Source of the DNA: Paramoeba atlantica
Lineage: Eukaryota > Protista > Discosea
Length of the DNA stretch: 64,000 nt
Direction of reading: 5' to 3'
Assembly (NCBI GenBank): GCA_977017575.1
Contig: CDRNVI010000065.1
Location: forward strand, 186,001 to 250,000
Made by a program: the position numbers and the translations under genes. The notes beneath the pieces are model-generated. The model did not search any database, had not been told where the DNA came from, and saw nothing but the letters and a program-made list of their open reading frames with translations. The stretch's first letter is position 1, and each line of letters opens with the position of its first letter. Positions 62,383 through 64,000 of this stretch are shown piece by piece.

Positions 62383-63999
62383 CTAGAGAAAAACATCAAA
62401 AACTGATATATCTTGATGCCCGCCTTCGCTTAATATCCTTTTCATGTTTGTTGTCTGCCATTCAACAGGATGTAAAGCATCGGTTTTATTACAACAGCAG
62501 GCAAGGATGGCAAGGAGCTGAGATTTGGTGTACAAATGATGCCATTGTTCCACCCATTCTAGAATGCCTCTGGCATCTAATCGTACAGCTGACAAGTAAT
62601 TCTTCGCAAAAAACATAATTCCGCTTGGAATCGTGTAGTTGAATTCCGTGTATATGAGGTTTTCTTCGTCATCAAGAAGGCTTTCTACGACCCTGGTCTC
62701 AACTTGGGTACCCCTCTGCTTGACTACCCCATCTAAAACGCATGTGAAAAAATGAAGAATAGTGCAACGAAGAAAGAGTTGATGTGATTCTTTATTAGGG
62801 AATTTGCGTTCCGTCTCCGTGCAACGTTTCCAAATGTCGTGCAGCTTTACTCTCGCACGCCTAAAGTATAAACATTCAGCGCCTTCTTCCCGAAATAGTT
62901 TTTTGGGCAGCATTAAAATGCATATACGCTTTAGCACTAGGTTTAGAACTTCCTGTTTCGCATTCCTCATTTCCTTAAGAAGGTTGCGTGCATCTATAGA
63001 TTCTGGAAAATCAAGGACAATCAAATTCTGTTGAACATGAAAACACGTTTCAAATGAGTTGTCAAGGGAGCAAAAAGCATTCAATCGATAAGCAACACCA
63101 TACTGCGTTTCTTCAGAACGTAATGCAGAGTCAGTCTGCCTACAGACACGCATCGGAAAGCTGTGGCTTGAGGGTAGCGAAATATTTGCTGCTTTTTTTG
63201 CATGAACTATGATCTTACGAGCTCTACTTGAAAGTTCTGCATCTTCCTCCACAGACCGTTGCTTTATTGGCGAAAAAAGAAATGAACTCGATTTCTTACG
63301 CACGTAGCACGTGTGCAGTATAAAATAAAACGTGCTACACAGTAATTCCATACCCCCCAAAAGAACTCCTTTCGCAATAAAGGGACAATTTCCAACACAA
63401 TCGCACATATAGTGCGCCAAAGTTGTACCGATTGCGAATGCACTACTTAAGCAACTTAAACCTACAACAAAATTTTCTTGAGTTTCACTTGAGCTTGCAG
63501 GAATATATTTCGTCCAAATCAGTTTCTTCGTTTCTCGCCTCTTTCGCTCCTTTTCGATACCCAATATCTTTAAAAGGGAAAAAATGGTAGATCGTGGATT
63601 GGATTTAATACGCCTATGAAGTTCGTTTTTGAATTGCTGCAGTTTCCAATGTCCCAGTGCTTCGGGCAGTATGACCAATACACTGCTTGGTAGAATATTT
63701 TGAAAACTTTCGTTAGCTAAAGCCCTCCATAAACTTACCTGGTGAAGGACGTGAATTCTCTCATAGAATGTCGAATGTAACATGGTTTCAGCTTCAAGTA
63801 CAAAGGAACGTGCAACCCCTGAAATCTCTTTGGCGTATTCAACACATGACAACACGGCCGAGCCTAGGAAAAGTAAATTGATGGGATCAATAGATGTTTG
63901 TTCACAGCTCTTGTAAGCTTGTAAAAGAGCAGTGACCACTTCTTGAACATAAAGTTTTTTACTTACCTGGATGCACTTGCGTAGCGAGCATATGCACAT
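62383..63999 (-). CDS. Hypothetical protein (5'-partial, enters from window end)
   Basis: At least 538 aa open frame on the cluster strand; helical; no recognised motif. Confidence 0.7.
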   Translation of the reverse strand: MCICSLRKCIQVSKKLYVQEVVTALLQAYKSCEQTSIDPINLLFLGSAVLSCVEYAKEISGVARSFVLEAETMLHSTFYERIHVLHQVSLWRALANESFQNILPSSVLVILPEALGHWKLQQFKNELHRRIKSNPRSTIFSLLKILGIEKERKRRETKKLIWTKYIPASSSETQENFVVGLSCLSSAFAIGTTLAHYMCDCVGNCPFIAKGVLLGGMELLCSTFYFILHTCYVRKKSSSFLFSPIKQRSVEEDAELSSRARKIIVHAKKAANISLPSSHSFPMRVCRQTDSALRSEETQYGVAYRLNAFCSLDNSFETCFHVQQNLIVLDFPESIDARNLLKEMRNAKQEVLNLVLKRICILMLPKKLFREEGAECLYFRRARVKLHDIWKRCTETERKFPNKESHQLFLRCTILHFFTCVLDGVVKQRGTQVETRVVESLLDDEENLIYTEFNYTIPSGIMFFAKNYLSAVRLDARGILEWVEQWHHLYTKSQLLAILACCCNKTDALHPVEWQTTNMKRILSEGGHQDISVFDVFL

Positions 64000-64000
64000 T

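Overview
This is an intron-less eukaryotic gene array in which about 24 host genes all lie on the minus strand, the layout of a kinetoplastid directional (polycistronic) gene cluster. Short intergenic regions, divergent proteins and a Merlin transposon suggest a Perkinsela-like prokinetoplastid; this is inference, not proof. Host genes: mitochondrial EF-Ts (partial, absent from the ORF track), Hsp40, a 3x dsRBM-like protein, Fcf2, a beta-hydroxyacid dehydrogenase, a RING-H2 protein, Prp19, XPG/Rad2, Tsr3, an FG-nucleoporin, BCAT, eIF4G, V-ATPase subunit a, Rpn7, SF3B4, Qcr6, Prp38, SUMO, a RING+ePHD protein and several hypotheticals. Intergenic DNA holds many mobile elements, most with readable TIRs and TSDs: Merlin, hAT, pogo, Tc1-type MITEs, a piggyBac-type MITE, an unclassified CAC-ended element with a 6-bp TSD, a foldback family, a frameshifted CRE-clade retrotransposon, and APE and gag relics. 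Several are nested up to three deep. The most unusual signal is not a gene. At least five CDSs contain a 0.6-1 kb GC island in which synonymous codon endings switch from almost all C to almost all G in mid-gene. This gives a C-rich to G-rich skew inversion resembling a bidirectional replication-origin, start-site or recombination-hotspot footprint. A candidate tandem C/D snoRNA array lies upstream of Prp19. All assignments are from motif reading by eye; no database searches were run.
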